A stretch of DNA of 64,000 bases from Planctomycetota bacterium (GTDB lineage Bacteria; Planctomycetota; B15-G4; SIAN01): positions 160,001-224,000 of the forward strand of contig JANNXA010000040.1 of the NCBI GenBank assembly GCA_031409275.1. Reading direction: 5' to 3'. The position numbers were made by a program, and so were the translations under genes. This document shows, one piece after another, positions 46,653 through 56,262 of this stretch (the stretch's first letter is position 1; each line of letters starts with the position of its first letter). A model generated the notes under the pieces. The model was given only the letters and a program-made list of their open reading frames with translations. It made no database searches and was not told the DNA's origin.

Positions 46653-47896
46653 CCGTCGACGCGGCGTTGATCCGATTCGGCGAGATCGGCCTCAAAGGCG
46701 CCAACCGCCACGATTTCCTGGCGCGCTTTTGCAAGAACCTGCGTCACGCGCTCGAGCCGTTCGAGGGCGCGCAGGTCGAGGAGATGCAGGGGCGCTTCCT
46801 TGCCCGTCTCGCGGGCCACGGCGACGCCGCGCTGACGGCGCTGAGCCACGTGTGCGGGGTCACTTCGCTCTCACCCGCCGTCCGCATCGAGCCCGACTTC
46901 GCGGCGATCGAGCCTGCGGTGCGAGCGGCCGCGCAGGAGGAGATGCGCGCGCGACCGTTTTCGACGTTTCGCGTCAAGGCCAACCGTGCCGACAAGAAGT
47001 TCGCGGTGAAGTCCACGGAACTCGAGCGCCGGCTCGGCGCCGCCGTGCTCGCCGCGCTGCCGCAACTGCGAGTCGATCTCGGGCAGCCCGAGCGGACCTT
47101 CGGCGTCGAAGTGCGGGCAGAAGGGGCCTTCGTCTTCCACGGCCGCATCGCAGGCCCCGGCGGGCTGCCGGTCGGAAGCATCGGCCACGCGCTCGCGCTG
47201 CTCTCCGGCGGAATCGACAGCCCGGTCGCCGCCTACCTCGCCATGAAACGCGGACTGCGAATCGACGCCGTCTTCTTCCACTCCGCCGAGTTCACCGGAT
47301 TCGCCGCAACGGAGAAGGTGAAGGAACTCGCGCGACTGCTGTCACGCTTCGCGCCGCGGTTCGGCCTGCACTTGATCCCCTTCGCGCCGATCCAGACGGC
47401 GATCAAGGAAGCGTGCGATCCGTCGTACCGAACGATCCTCTATCGCCGCATGATGCACCGCATCGCGACGGAGCTTGCGCGACGCGAACGGCTCGCCGCG
47501 CTCGTCACCGGCGACAATCTCGGCCAGGTCGCCTCGCAAACCCTCGAGAACCTGGCGTTGACCGCAGCCGCGACAACGCTGCCGCTGCTCCGACCGCTGA
47601 TCACCTTCGACAAGGAAGAGACGATCGCATTCGCGAAACGCATCGGCACGTTCGAAGTGTCGATCCGGCCCGCGCTCGACTGCTGCACGGTGTTCCAGAC
47701 GGCGCATCCGCGGATCCACGGCAACGCCGCCGACATCGATCGAGCCGAAGCGATGCTGCCACTCGCCGCGCTGATCGAGGAGTCGCTGCTCGGTCGCGAA
47801 CTCTGGGTCTTCCACCACGGCAGGCCGGGACGCGCGATCGAACTGCCGCGGCGCGCCAACGAGCCGCCGGGCCGGCCGTCGGTTCAGCTGCCCTGA
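46649..47896 (+). CDS. thiI: tRNA 4-thiouridine synthase ThiI/TtuI (no rhodanese domain)
   Basis: GEIGLKGANR, THUMP region, GGLPVG, LLSGGIDSPVA, GQVASQT, DCC motif. Confidence 0.93.
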   Translation: MTVDAALIRFGEIGLKGANRHDFLARFCKNLRHALEPFEGAQVEEMQGRFLARLAGHGDAALTALSHVCGVTSLSPAVRIEPDFAAIEPAVRAAAQEEMRARPFSTFRVKANRADKKFAVKSTELERRLGAAVLAALPQLRVDLGQPERTFGVEVRAEGAFVFHGRIAGPGGLPVGSIGHALALLSGGIDSPVAAYLAMKRGLRIDAVFFHSAEFTGFAATEKVKELARLLSRFAPRFGLHLIPFAPIQTAIKEACDPSYRTILYRRMMHRIATELARRERLAALVTGDNLGQVASQTLENLALTAAATTLPLLRPLITFDKEETIAFAKRIGTFEVSIRPALDCCTVFQTAHPRIHGNAADIDRAEAMLPLAALIEESLLGRELWVFHHGRPGRAIELPRRANEPPGRPSVQLP

Positions 47897-48402
47897 GTCT
47901 TGCCCGGGGCCGCCGGATCGACCGTCTCGGCGATGTCGCGCATCAGGACCTGCAGCTTGGTCAGCAACCGCTTCGCCTCGAACGGGTCGTCCGTCGTCGA
48001 TTCCCAATCGTCCGCCTCGCGCGACGCGCTGCGCCCAGCCGACGGGCTCGTCTCCTGCTGCACTCGCAGACGGAGCGTCACCACGTCGCCGTGGCCATCC
48101 GTCTCGACGACGACTCGCTGTCGAAGCGCCTGGTGAGTCGTATCCGCATAGGCACCGTACAGCCACCCCGTCTCGAAGGTCCCCTCGCTCGCGTCGAGGG
48201 TCCGCGGCGGATAGCGATCTTCGACCACCGTCTGCACGAGTTGCAGCACCGCCGAGGAGTTGACGCCGCGATAGCTGCGTTCCACCCACTGCGCTTCGTC
48301 GCCGCCGACGCCGAGCTCGCGGAAGATGGCGCAGCCGCCGAGTGCCGCGACGAGCGCCATCGACGCGACCCGCGCCGCGGACCGCCAAGCTCTCATCTGC
48401 AT
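47884..48402 (-). CDS. Hypothetical lipoprotein
   Basis: Lipobox LGGC; GTFETGW segment reminiscent of BamC-like lipoproteins. Confidence 0.6.
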   Translation of the reverse strand: MQMRAWRSAARVASMALVAALGGCAIFRELGVGGDEAQWVERSYRGVNSSAVLQLVQTVVEDRYPPRTLDASEGTFETGWLYGAYADTTHQALRQRVVVETDGHGDVVTLRLRVQQETSPSAGRSASREADDWESTTDDPFEAKRLLTKLQVLMRDIAETVDPAAPGKTQGS

Positions 48403-48424
48403 CGCTCGCTCCTGATGACGTCGA

Positions 48425-49753
48425 TCACTTCGGGATCTCGTTCTTCACGCGCTCGCGAACCAGGAAACGGATCGGCACTTCCTCGAAATGGCCGCCTTCG
48501 CGCAGCACGTTCCCGAGCCACCGCTGATAGGGCGCGCTGACCAGCCGCGTCTCGTTCACGAACAGCACGATCGTCGGCGGTCGCACATCGACCTGCGCGG
48601 CGTAGAAGATCTTGCCCGTGCGCCCGCCCTTGACCGGCGGCGACTTGCGCTCCATCGCATCCTTGATGAGGCGCATGACGTCGCCCGTGCCCAGGCGCTT
48701 CCCGGCCTCGTCGTGCAACCCGATCACGAGGTCGAGCGTCTCCTTGACGCGCAGATCCTGGGTTGCGGAGATGCACGTGATCGGCGCGAACGTGAGGAAG
48801 TCGAGGCGATCGCGGACGTAGGCACCGAACTGCTCAAAGTCCTTCTTGCCTTCGACCAGGTCCCATTTGGTCAGCACGATCACGAACGGCTTGGAGGAGT
48901 CGAGCAGCAGCTTCGCGATCGAGTGCTCGATGCGGCCGATCTCCTGCATCGCATCGATCAGGAACAACGCGACGTCGCAGCGGCGGACGGCACGCTCGGA
49001 GCGCGCCTGCGCATAGAAATCAGGCGAGCCATCGACCGAGTTGGCGCGGCGCAAACCCGCGGTGTCGACCACGACGCAGCGGCGACCGCCGTGCTCGAAC
49101 TTGAGGTCGACGGCATCGCGCGTGGTTCCCGGCACGTCGCTGACGATCATGCGCTCGCTGCCGAGGATGTGGTTCACCAGCGTCGACTTGCCGGCGTTGG
49201 TCCGGCCGACGACGGCGATGCGGACGACTTCACCCTCGGCCTCTAGTTCCGGGGCGCCGGGCAGTAGTTCGAAGATGCGCTCGCGCAGCTCGCCGATGTT
49301 GCGGTTGGCCACGGTGGAGACGGGGAACGGGTCGCCAAACCCCAGCTCGCAAAGTTCGCCGGACGCGTGCTCGAAGCTCGCGTTGTCGGCCTTGTTGGCC
49401 ACGAGCAGCAGCGGTTTCCCGAGCTTGCGCAGCCGTGCCGCGATCGCGCGATCGGCGCCGGTCACCCCCTCCATCACGTCGAGGACGAAGAGCAGCAGAT
49501 CGCTGCCACGCATCGCGATCTCGATCTGCGCTTCGACCTCGTCCTCGAGCCCGAGTTTGTCGACCACGCCGATGCCGCCCGTGTCGACGAGTTCGCAACG
49601 ACGCTCGTCGTGGCGCAACTCGACGCTGACGCGATCGCGCGTGACGCCGGGCGTCGGGTCGACGATGGCGACGCGCGAGCGCACCAAGGCGTTGAAGAGT
49701 GAGGACTTGCCGACGTTGGGCCGGCCGACGATGGCAACGACTGGGAGCGACAT
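48425..49753 (-). CDS. der: Ribosome biogenesis GTPase Der (EngA)
   Basis: Two GTPase domains (GRPNVGKS/DTGG/NKAD; GRTNAGKS/DTAG/TKWD) and a KH-like tail. Confidence 0.96.
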   Translation of the reverse strand: MSLPVVAIVGRPNVGKSSLFNALVRSRVAIVDPTPGVTRDRVSVELRHDERRCELVDTGGIGVVDKLGLEDEVEAQIEIAMRGSDLLLFVLDVMEGVTGADRAIAARLRKLGKPLLLVANKADNASFEHASGELCELGFGDPFPVSTVANRNIGELRERIFELLPGAPELEAEGEVVRIAVVGRTNAGKSTLVNHILGSERMIVSDVPGTTRDAVDLKFEHGGRRCVVVDTAGLRRANSVDGSPDFYAQARSERAVRRCDVALFLIDAMQEIGRIEHSIAKLLLDSSKPFVIVLTKWDLVEGKKDFEQFGAYVRDRLDFLTFAPITCISATQDLRVKETLDLVIGLHDEAGKRLGTGDVMRLIKDAMERKSPPVKGGRTGKIFYAAQVDVRPPTIVLFVNETRLVSAPYQRWLGNVLREGGHFEEVPIRFLVRERVKNEIPK

Positions 49754-49775
49754 GCTTGGAGCCTTCGCGGCTGCC

Positions 49776-50540
49776 TCACGGCAGGCGCAGGAACTTGTGG
49801 GTCTGCGGAATGACGCGGAGATCGGAAAGATGAAGCGCCGCCGCGTCGTGGCAGGCGTTCAACAGGGACAACGGTAGTTCCGGCAGCCCCCCTTGACGCG
49901 GGGTCTCCGGTTGGAAGATCAGCGGGATCGAGCGGTCCTCTTCGGCGATCAGCCGCGCCAGCCGCTCGACTTCGGCGACGTCCGTCGTCGGCCCGACGAT
50001 CATCTTGGCGCAACGCTCGACGCCTCGGCAACTGCGGAGGAAGGCGCGATGGTCGGCCGTGCGGTCGCCCTCATGCGCGACACTGTCGAGCTTGACGTCG
50101 AACGCAACCAGTTCGACGTGCGGACGGAGCAGCTCCATCTCCGCGCTGTTCACCCCTGCCGTCTCGAGATGCCGGCGCCGAGGCAGCAGCAACGGAGCGA
50201 GCGCGGCAAGGAATGGCGCCTGCTCGAGCGGCTCGCCGCCGGTGAACGAGATCCAGGAGCGGCGCCCCGGGTCGAGTTCGTCGACGGCCGCCGCGACTTG
50301 CTCGACTGTGAGCGGATTCCGCAGGCGGCGTGGAGCCGACGAAGCGTCGCCCGTTTGCAGCGCGGCCGGCACCTCGATCTCCGCCCACTCGGTACGGACG
50401 AGCGCCTTCGGCGTGTCGCAATAGCGGCAGCGCAGGGAACAGCCGGCCATCCGGACGAACACGGTCTTCGTCCCGACGGTCGTACCTTCGCCCTGGAACG
50501 AGACGAAGAGTTCCTGCAGATGGCCGACGGGCGCTACCAC
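49776..50540 (-). CDS. queE: 7-carboxy-7-deazaguanine synthase QueE (radical SAM); start approximate
   Basis: ELFVSFQGEG, FVRMAGCSLRCRYCDT, FTGGEP, LETAG, IPQTHK. Confidence 0.88.
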   Translation of the reverse strand: MVAPVGHLQELFVSFQGEGTTVGTKTVFVRMAGCSLRCRYCDTPKALVRTEWAEIEVPAALQTGDASSAPRRLRNPLTVEQVAAAVDELDPGRRSWISFTGGEPLEQAPFLAALAPLLLPRRRHLETAGVNSAEMELLRPHVELVAFDVKLDSVAHEGDRTADHRAFLRSCRGVERCAKMIVGPTTDVAEVERLARLIAEEDRSIPLIFQPETPRQGGLPELPLSLLNACHDAAALHLSDLRVIPQTHKFLRLP

Positions 50541-50634
50541 GTGCAACTGATCCCGACGGCAACGCAAGCGCGGCGCCTCTGCGCCAGCCGCGCGCAGACG
50601 AGACTCGCGCGCGGCCGGGAGCGCGCCGTCGCGC

Positions 50635-50922
50635 TTACTTGCCGGCCTTCGCCGCGGGCTTGGCAGCAGCCTTGCCCGCCGGAGCCGCGGCCGCCTTGGC
50701 GGCGCCGCCTGCAGCCGGCGCACCGGCCGCCGCCGCGTCCTTCTTCGGGACCTTGGTCGACTTGACCTTGAGTCGGGTTCGCACCTTCGGAAGCCCGAAC
50801 ACGGAGCGCCCGTCCGAGAACTTGCCGTCCTCCTCGAGCTTCATCACGCGCTCGAGGCGCTTCCAGACGTTGCGGGAGCGCGTCATGCTTGACTTGACGC
50901 GCAGGCTCTTGTGAATCGTCAT
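50635..50922 (-). CDS. PVC-superphylum signature small basic protein
   Basis: MTIHKSL..RNVWKRLER..L..G......SVFGLPKVR pattern with an Ala/Lys tail; GGAG RBS. Confidence 0.88.
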   Translation of the reverse strand: MTIHKSLRVKSSMTRSRNVWKRLERVMKLEEDGKFSDGRSVFGLPKVRTRLKVKSTKVPKKDAAAAGAPAAGGAAKAAAAPAGKAAAKPAAKAGK

Positions 50923-50983
50923 CGCGTGCTCTCCGTCAGCCCGCAGCACGTGGGCTGCGGATCAGCGCGCAGGCCAGAGCGGC

Positions 50984-51928
50984 CTACTGCTTCTTGAACT
51001 TCTTGGTGAATGCGCTCGCGAAGCTGCCCCCGAGGGCACGCACCTTGGCGAGGACCTTTTGCAACTCCGCGTCGTTCTCCGTGAGCGCCGGCCCGATGCG
51101 CAACAGCGCCTCGTTGCCTTGAGCGTCGGCGGTGCAGACCTGGATTTGCATCGCCGGGAACTCGTTACCGAGCGCCTTCACGACGCGCTGCTTCTCCAGA
51201 CCCCAGCGCTGTTTCCAATCCTTCCGACGATCACCGCTCAACTTCTCGCTTCCGGCCAGAACCCAGTACTCCACCTCCGGCGCTGCAGTCGCGGCCGGCG
51301 TCGCCCCGAGCGTGTCCGAAGCGCCAGAGCTGCTCGCGCGCCCCAACGCCGTGTCATCCGCGCTAGCGCCGCCGTCGCCGGCGGGACCGCTCGGATTCCG
51401 CCAGTGTTCGTACCGACGAAGCGAGGTCGAGTGATCCGCCGCCTCGCCATTTGGCACGAATGGCCAGAAGTGGAGAGCATAGGCCGCGCCGACCAGGATC
51501 ACCAGTGCTGTCAGCACCCCAGCGAGCGCCCGCAACGACAGCGAGCGTTGCCGGGAGGCTGGCCTCGACGCGCCGCGAGCTTTCTCGGACCGCGTCGGCT
51601 GGGGCGGTGCATTCCAAGCGCGACGGGTCGGAGCGACCGCGGCCTCGGCTTTGACGCTCGCCGATTTGACGCTTTCCGCTGCCGTCGACGACTCGTCCCG
51701 TTCGCGCCGCGGCTTCTGGGCGGCGACGTCCGACGCCGAGGTGACCTGAGCGCCACCGTGGCCGGCCGCCATCTCCCGCGCGCGCTCGAGGTAGGCGCCC
51801 TTCAATCCACGTCGCGAGGCCTCGGCGAGCCCTTCGTGGGGAGCTCCCGCCTGGGATCCCTGTCCGCGCGTCTGAAACGAACGGCCGCTCTCGCGAAAGA
51901 TCTCGAGCGGGTGTTTGTGACCCCGCAT
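50984..51928 (-). CDS. Bitopic membrane protein with a possible SPOR-like C-terminal domain
   Basis: Disordered N-terminus, single TM (ALAGVLTALVILVGAAYAL), linker, C-terminal beta-alpha-beta domain (YWVLAG..LRIGP..FASAF). Confidence 0.55.
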   Translation of the reverse strand: MRGHKHPLEIFRESGRSFQTRGQGSQAGAPHEGLAEASRRGLKGAYLERAREMAAGHGGAQVTSASDVAAQKPRRERDESSTAAESVKSASVKAEAAVAPTRRAWNAPPQPTRSEKARGASRPASRQRSLSLRALAGVLTALVILVGAAYALHFWPFVPNGEAADHSTSLRRYEHWRNPSGPAGDGGASADDTALGRASSSGASDTLGATPAATAAPEVEYWVLAGSEKLSGDRRKDWKQRWGLEKQRVVKALGNEFPAMQIQVCTADAQGNEALLRIGPALTENDAELQKVLAKVRALGGSFASAFTKKFKKQ

Positions 51929-52083
51929 ACACGGCTCCCCACCACGGCACGGCGTGACTCACGCTCGCCAGCGCGGAGAGGGGACGAAGTTCCACCCTTC
52001 CACAGCAGCCCGGCGACCGCCAGGTGCCGCTGCTGCATCGCTGCGTAGACGCGGCGGGGATTATCGGGCTTCGCGCTCGCGCG

Positions 52084-52536
52084 TCAACGAGGCGGTGGCG
52101 GCTTTTGCGCGAGTTCTCGCACACGGCGAATGAACGGGGCGTAGTGGTACGGCGTCCCGCTCTCGTCATGGAGCTGCTTCAACCGAGCGTGGAAACGCGC
52201 GGAGAGCTCGTCGAGCTCGACCGCTTTCGTGGTGTCGCAGAAGTAGACCCGGCAACCGAGCGGTCGACCGTCGCGCGCGGTGCACAGCCCCTCCTTCCAC
52301 CACGGACACAGCTCCGGATCGCCGTCAGCCAGCAGCGGCGTCGTCGCCGCGAGGTGGGCGAGCTCGAGGTCGGTCGAGAAGAGCGTCATGCCGCTCGTCT
52401 TGAAGTTGCAGCAGCGACCGGAGAGCTCGCACTTCGGCCGCAGTTGGGCGAGCTCCTCGGCGAGCTCCGCGTACAACGCGCGCAACCCAGCCAACGCGGG
52501 CGACGGCGTGCCGTTGACGGGGATCGGGCCGCTCAA
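52084..52536 (-). CDS. YkgJ/CxxCxxCC-like Cys-cluster (Fe-S or Zn) protein
   Basis: CELSGRCC..CPW..C..RPLGCRVYFC; TTG start overlaps the kinase stop (TTGA). Confidence 0.7.
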   Translation of the reverse strand: MSGPIPVNGTPSPALAGLRALYAELAEELAQLRPKCELSGRCCNFKTSGMTLFSTDLELAHLAATTPLLADGDPELCPWWKEGLCTARDGRPLGCRVYFCDTTKAVELDELSARFHARLKQLHDESGTPYHYAPFIRRVRELAQKPPPPR

Positions 52537-53678
52537 CGCGGCCGGCGCCGCCGCAAGATCGGCGCGATCGGCCGCTTCTCGGGCGGAAGCTCTTCGAACG
52601 GCTTCTTCAGCAGCTCCGCATCGCCCCCCTCGGGACGAAACTCGAGCGTCTTCTTGCCGCGAATCTGCCCCTCGATGTCCGCGATCAGTTCGTCGGGCGT
52701 CTGGTAACGGACCTCGCGCTCCTTCGCCATCATCTTCTCGATGAAGTAGTGCAGGTGCGGTGAGATCTTGCGCGACTTCAGGACCTCGGAAGAGAGCGAC
52801 GCCAGGATCTGGGCCGCGAGCACTTCCTGGTTGTCGTGCCCGGTGAACGGCAGCTCCCCCACCACCAGCTGATAGAGGGTGGCGCCGAGCGAGTAGATGT
52901 CGCTGCGCACGTCGAGGTCGGACTGGCCGCGCGCCTGCTCCGGGGAGATGTAGGCGACGGTGCCCACCGTCGTCGCCGCGGGCTCCGCGCCGCTGTCCGC
53001 GCCCCCGTCCGGAGCCGCCTCCCCCATGCTCGACGCGAACCCGAGGTCGATCAGCTTCACCTCGTTGCGCGCCGTCAGCAGCACGTTCGCGGGCTTGACG
53101 TCGCGATGGACGACGCCGTTCTGGGCGAGGTAGCGCAGGGCGCGCGCCACCTGCAGCACGATGTAGAGCGCCTGATCCTCGTCGAAGGCCTGGCCGCCCT
53201 TCAAGAGATCCTGCAGCGACTTGCCCGGAACGAACTCCTGCAGGAACACCAACCGCCCTTGGAACGCGCCCACCTTCTCGCCGGCGACGACGTTCTCGTG
53301 CTTGAGCCCGATCAGGAGCTTGGCTTCGCGCAGGAATGCCGCCTTCGCCTTGGGGTCGGCCTCGAGCTCGCGCCGCAGCACCTTGATGGCCACGACGCGC
53401 CCGCTCTTCTTTTCCTTCGCCTCGAGCACGATCGCGGTGCCGCCGCGGCCAGCGACCGCGATCACGTCGAATCCGGGGAGTTCCGGGACGTCTTCGCCCT
53501 CGACGCGGCGCAGGAAATCGAGCCGCTCGCGGGTGAACAGCCCGGCCGCGATAGCGAGGTCGAAGGGCTTTCGCCGCGTCGCCTGCGCCTCGCGCATGAG
53601 CCCCTCGGCGGCGGCGCGATCGAGCACGCCACGGTGGACGAGCAACGCAAGGAGCTTCAGGTCTTCGGAGTCGCCCAT
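52533..53678 (-). CDS. Hanks-type Ser/Thr protein kinase (cytoplasmic)
   Basis: GRGGTAIV, VAIK, HRDVKPAN, DLG, GTVAYISPEQ, SDIYSLG; no TM segment. Confidence 0.92.
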   Translation of the reverse strand: MGDSEDLKLLALLVHRGVLDRAAAEGLMREAQATRRKPFDLAIAAGLFTRERLDFLRRVEGEDVPELPGFDVIAVAGRGGTAIVLEAKEKKSGRVVAIKVLRRELEADPKAKAAFLREAKLLIGLKHENVVAGEKVGAFQGRLVFLQEFVPGKSLQDLLKGGQAFDEDQALYIVLQVARALRYLAQNGVVHRDVKPANVLLTARNEVKLIDLGFASSMGEAAPDGGADSGAEPAATTVGTVAYISPEQARGQSDLDVRSDIYSLGATLYQLVVGELPFTGHDNQEVLAAQILASLSSEVLKSRKISPHLHYFIEKMMAKEREVRYQTPDELIADIEGQIRGKKTLEFRPEGGDAELLKKPFEELPPEKRPIAPILRRRRPR

Positions 53679-53951
53679 GAGGTCCGATGCGAAGGAGTTG
53701 CGGAGCGGCGGCGGACCGCGATCGCGGCGATTTCGCGACGCAGGAGTCTACCACCCCCGCCCGCGGCCCCTGCGGCTCCAAGCGGACACGTTTTCGAGTT
53801 CCGGAGTTTCTAAGGCCCCCATCTCAATGGCGCTTCACGGCGGCGCCGAAAGGCGGGTGTCGAGGATTGAGCGGAGCGGGCGATCGGGGCCGTCGTTGCG
53901 GCTGGCTGCGATCGGACCGATCTGCCAGGAGCTTGCGCGGGAGCCTGCAAC

Positions 53952-55367
53952 GTGACACGCAGCGTCGACTGCAACGTGATCCTGAAGTACTGCGAGATCC
54001 TTGACGAATTCGTCAAGGTCCGCGTCTTCACCGAGGAAGACATCGTCGAACTGCTGAAGGTCCGCGAGACCCCCAATCGCAGCGCCTACCAGCAGCTCGT
54101 GGTGAACTCCTGCGTCGTGAACTTCCTGGACGAGGTGGTGCCGCTCTTCAAGAAGCAGAGCCGCGTCTACAAGACCGCCGCTCTCGAGGAACTGCTCTAC
54201 CAGATCTGCGTCGAGGTGAATCCGCAGCTCGAGATCCACCAGGTGGCGCTCCCGCTCCAAGGCGAGACCAAGCTGAGCGGCCAGCTCCACCTGCTCGCCG
54301 CGCCCGGGCTGCACCACCAGAAGGAATCGAAGCGCGACCTCGATCGCGTCGAGGCCGAGCTGCGACGCGCCATCATCGGACAGGATCCGGCGATCGACGC
54401 CGTCGTGAAGTCGTTCCGCAAGGCGGCGGCGGGCATCAAGGATCCGCGCCGGCCGATCGGCGTCTTCCTGCTAGTGGGATCGACCGGCACCGGCAAGACC
54501 GAACTCGCCAAGATGACCGCGCGCCATCTCTTCGGCGACCCGACGCGCCTGGTGCGGATCGACTGCAGCGAGTACGCGCTGCCGCACGAATACGCCAAGC
54601 TCATCGGCGCTCCTCCCGGCTACGTCGGCCACAGCGAAGGCGGCCAGCTGACGGAACAGATGAAGGAGAAGAAGGTCGGCGTCGTCCTCTTCGACGAGAT
54701 CGAGAAGGCGCACAAGAAGGTCCACAACCTGCTGCTGCAGATCATGGACGAGGGGTTCCTGACCGACAGCAAGGGTCAGAGCGTCCCGTTCAACAAGAGC
54801 TTCATCCTGCTGACCTCGAACGTCGGCGTCGACGAGATCGAGTCGATCCGCAATCGCGTCGGCTTCGATTGGCGGCAGCGCGAGCACGTGGCGCGCGACG
54901 ACGCCAAGGAAGCCACGCTCGAGGCGATGAAGCACGCCTTCCGTCCGGAGTTCATCAATCGCCTCGACGGAGTGCTGGTGTTCAATTCGCTGACGGAAGG
55001 CGATTGCGTCCGCATCGCCCGAAACCAGCTTGCGCAGGTCGCGAGCTACCTGAAGCAGAGCGGCATCGGGCTCGAGTTCGCGCCGGGCGTGGCGCGCAGC
55101 GTCGCCCGCATGGGCTTCAACCCCGACTACGGCGCGCGCGAACTGCGCCGCATCATCCAGAACGAGATCGAGGAACCGCTCTCGGAGCAGATCCTGAACA
55201 GCCACTTCCGCACCGGTGACCAGGTGCGCGTCGTCGCCCGCGGCGAGCGCTTCGCGTTGCAGCGCGTCGGCCGCCAGCGGGCCGTGCGTGAGCCGGCCGT
55301 CGATGCTTCGTCGTCGCCGCCCGCGGGAGCCACTCAGCACCACTCGGGGAGCAGCCCCTCCGCCTGA
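53952..55367 (+). CDS. Clp/Hsp100-family AAA+ ATPase with only a ClpA/B/C-type D2 module and an unrecognised N-terminal domain
   Basis: IIGQD.AI, GSTGTGKT, GAPPGYVG, VVLFDEIEKAH, TSNVG, VGF, FRPEFINRLD, YGARELRR. Confidence 0.88.
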   Translation: MTRSVDCNVILKYCEILDEFVKVRVFTEEDIVELLKVRETPNRSAYQQLVVNSCVVNFLDEVVPLFKKQSRVYKTAALEELLYQICVEVNPQLEIHQVALPLQGETKLSGQLHLLAAPGLHHQKESKRDLDRVEAELRRAIIGQDPAIDAVVKSFRKAAAGIKDPRRPIGVFLLVGSTGTGKTELAKMTARHLFGDPTRLVRIDCSEYALPHEYAKLIGAPPGYVGHSEGGQLTEQMKEKKVGVVLFDEIEKAHKKVHNLLLQIMDEGFLTDSKGQSVPFNKSFILLTSNVGVDEIESIRNRVGFDWRQREHVARDDAKEATLEAMKHAFRPEFINRLDGVLVFNSLTEGDCVRIARNQLAQVASYLKQSGIGLEFAPGVARSVARMGFNPDYGARELRRIIQNEIEEPLSEQILNSHFRTGDQVRVVARGERFALQRVGRQRAVREPAVDASSSPPAGATQHHSGSSPSA

Positions 55368-55445
55368 CCGCGGCGACGCGGGCTATGCTCCCGTCCTCGA
55401 TCGACCGCCGCGGAGAACGCCGCGGACTCGCTTGAGGAGCGACCA

Positions 55446-56237
55446 GTGCTGCGTGCCGCCTTGTTCTTCGCCGTCGTCCTGCTGCCAATGGCAGCGCAAC
55501 AGGCGCCGCCTGGCGCCCCGCGCGCTCCCGTCGCGCAGGACACCGAGCCCAGCGATGCCGCGGCCATCGGCTTCCTCGAAGCGGTGGTCGACCAGCGCGT
55601 CTATTCGCTCGAGAGCGTCGGCGCCGCGCGCCTCGCGTCGAAGATCAAGGCGACCTTCGAGGTCACCGACCCGCTCGAGAAGCGGCCCTCGACCAGCGTC
55701 GAGCTCGACTTGACCTACGACTACGCCACCGGCGCGACGAGTTGCAAGCCGACCGTGCCTCCCGCCGACGCGCAACAGCAGCAGATCGTCGTCCAGGCAA
55801 GCGTCGCCGCGCAGAACGCCCTCTCGCTCAAGCCATCGCGCAGCGCCAACGGCTGGAAAGTGCACTTCGTCCAGGAAGGCGACGAGATCCGCCTCGACTA
55901 CGCGCCGCGCAACCCCGCCGGGCTCGTCGAGTCGTTCAGCGAGTGGCATCGCGCCGATGGGACGCCGCTGCGCCGCAAGATCACGTCGCGCGTGCCGAGC
56001 CACGGCGTCCTGACGACGGTGACGCAGGAGATCGCCTTCGACTACGAGGAGATCGCAAAGCGCCTGCTGCTGAAGGAGCTCAAACCCGTCGACACGAACG
56101 GCGCGCAGTTCGGCTACCGGTTCCAATACATGGAGAAGGACGGTCTCCAGTTCCTCTCCAAGCTGACGCAGGAGAACGCGGGATGGCGCCTCACGCTCGA
56201 CTTCAACACGAAGGTCGAGCTGGCGACGAAGCGCTGA
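55446..56237 (+). CDS. Secreted beta-rich hypothetical protein
   Basis: GAGGAG RBS, signal peptide, alternating beta-strand pattern. Confidence 0.6.
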   Translation: MLRAALFFAVVLLPMAAQQAPPGAPRAPVAQDTEPSDAAAIGFLEAVVDQRVYSLESVGAARLASKIKATFEVTDPLEKRPSTSVELDLTYDYATGATSCKPTVPPADAQQQQIVVQASVAAQNALSLKPSRSANGWKVHFVQEGDEIRLDYAPRNPAGLVESFSEWHRADGTPLRRKITSRVPSHGVLTTVTQEIAFDYEEIAKRLLLKELKPVDTNGAQFGYRFQYMEKDGLQFLSKLTQENAGWRLTLDFNTKVELATKR

Positions 56238-56262
56238 GTCGCGGCACGTGACGGGACGAACG

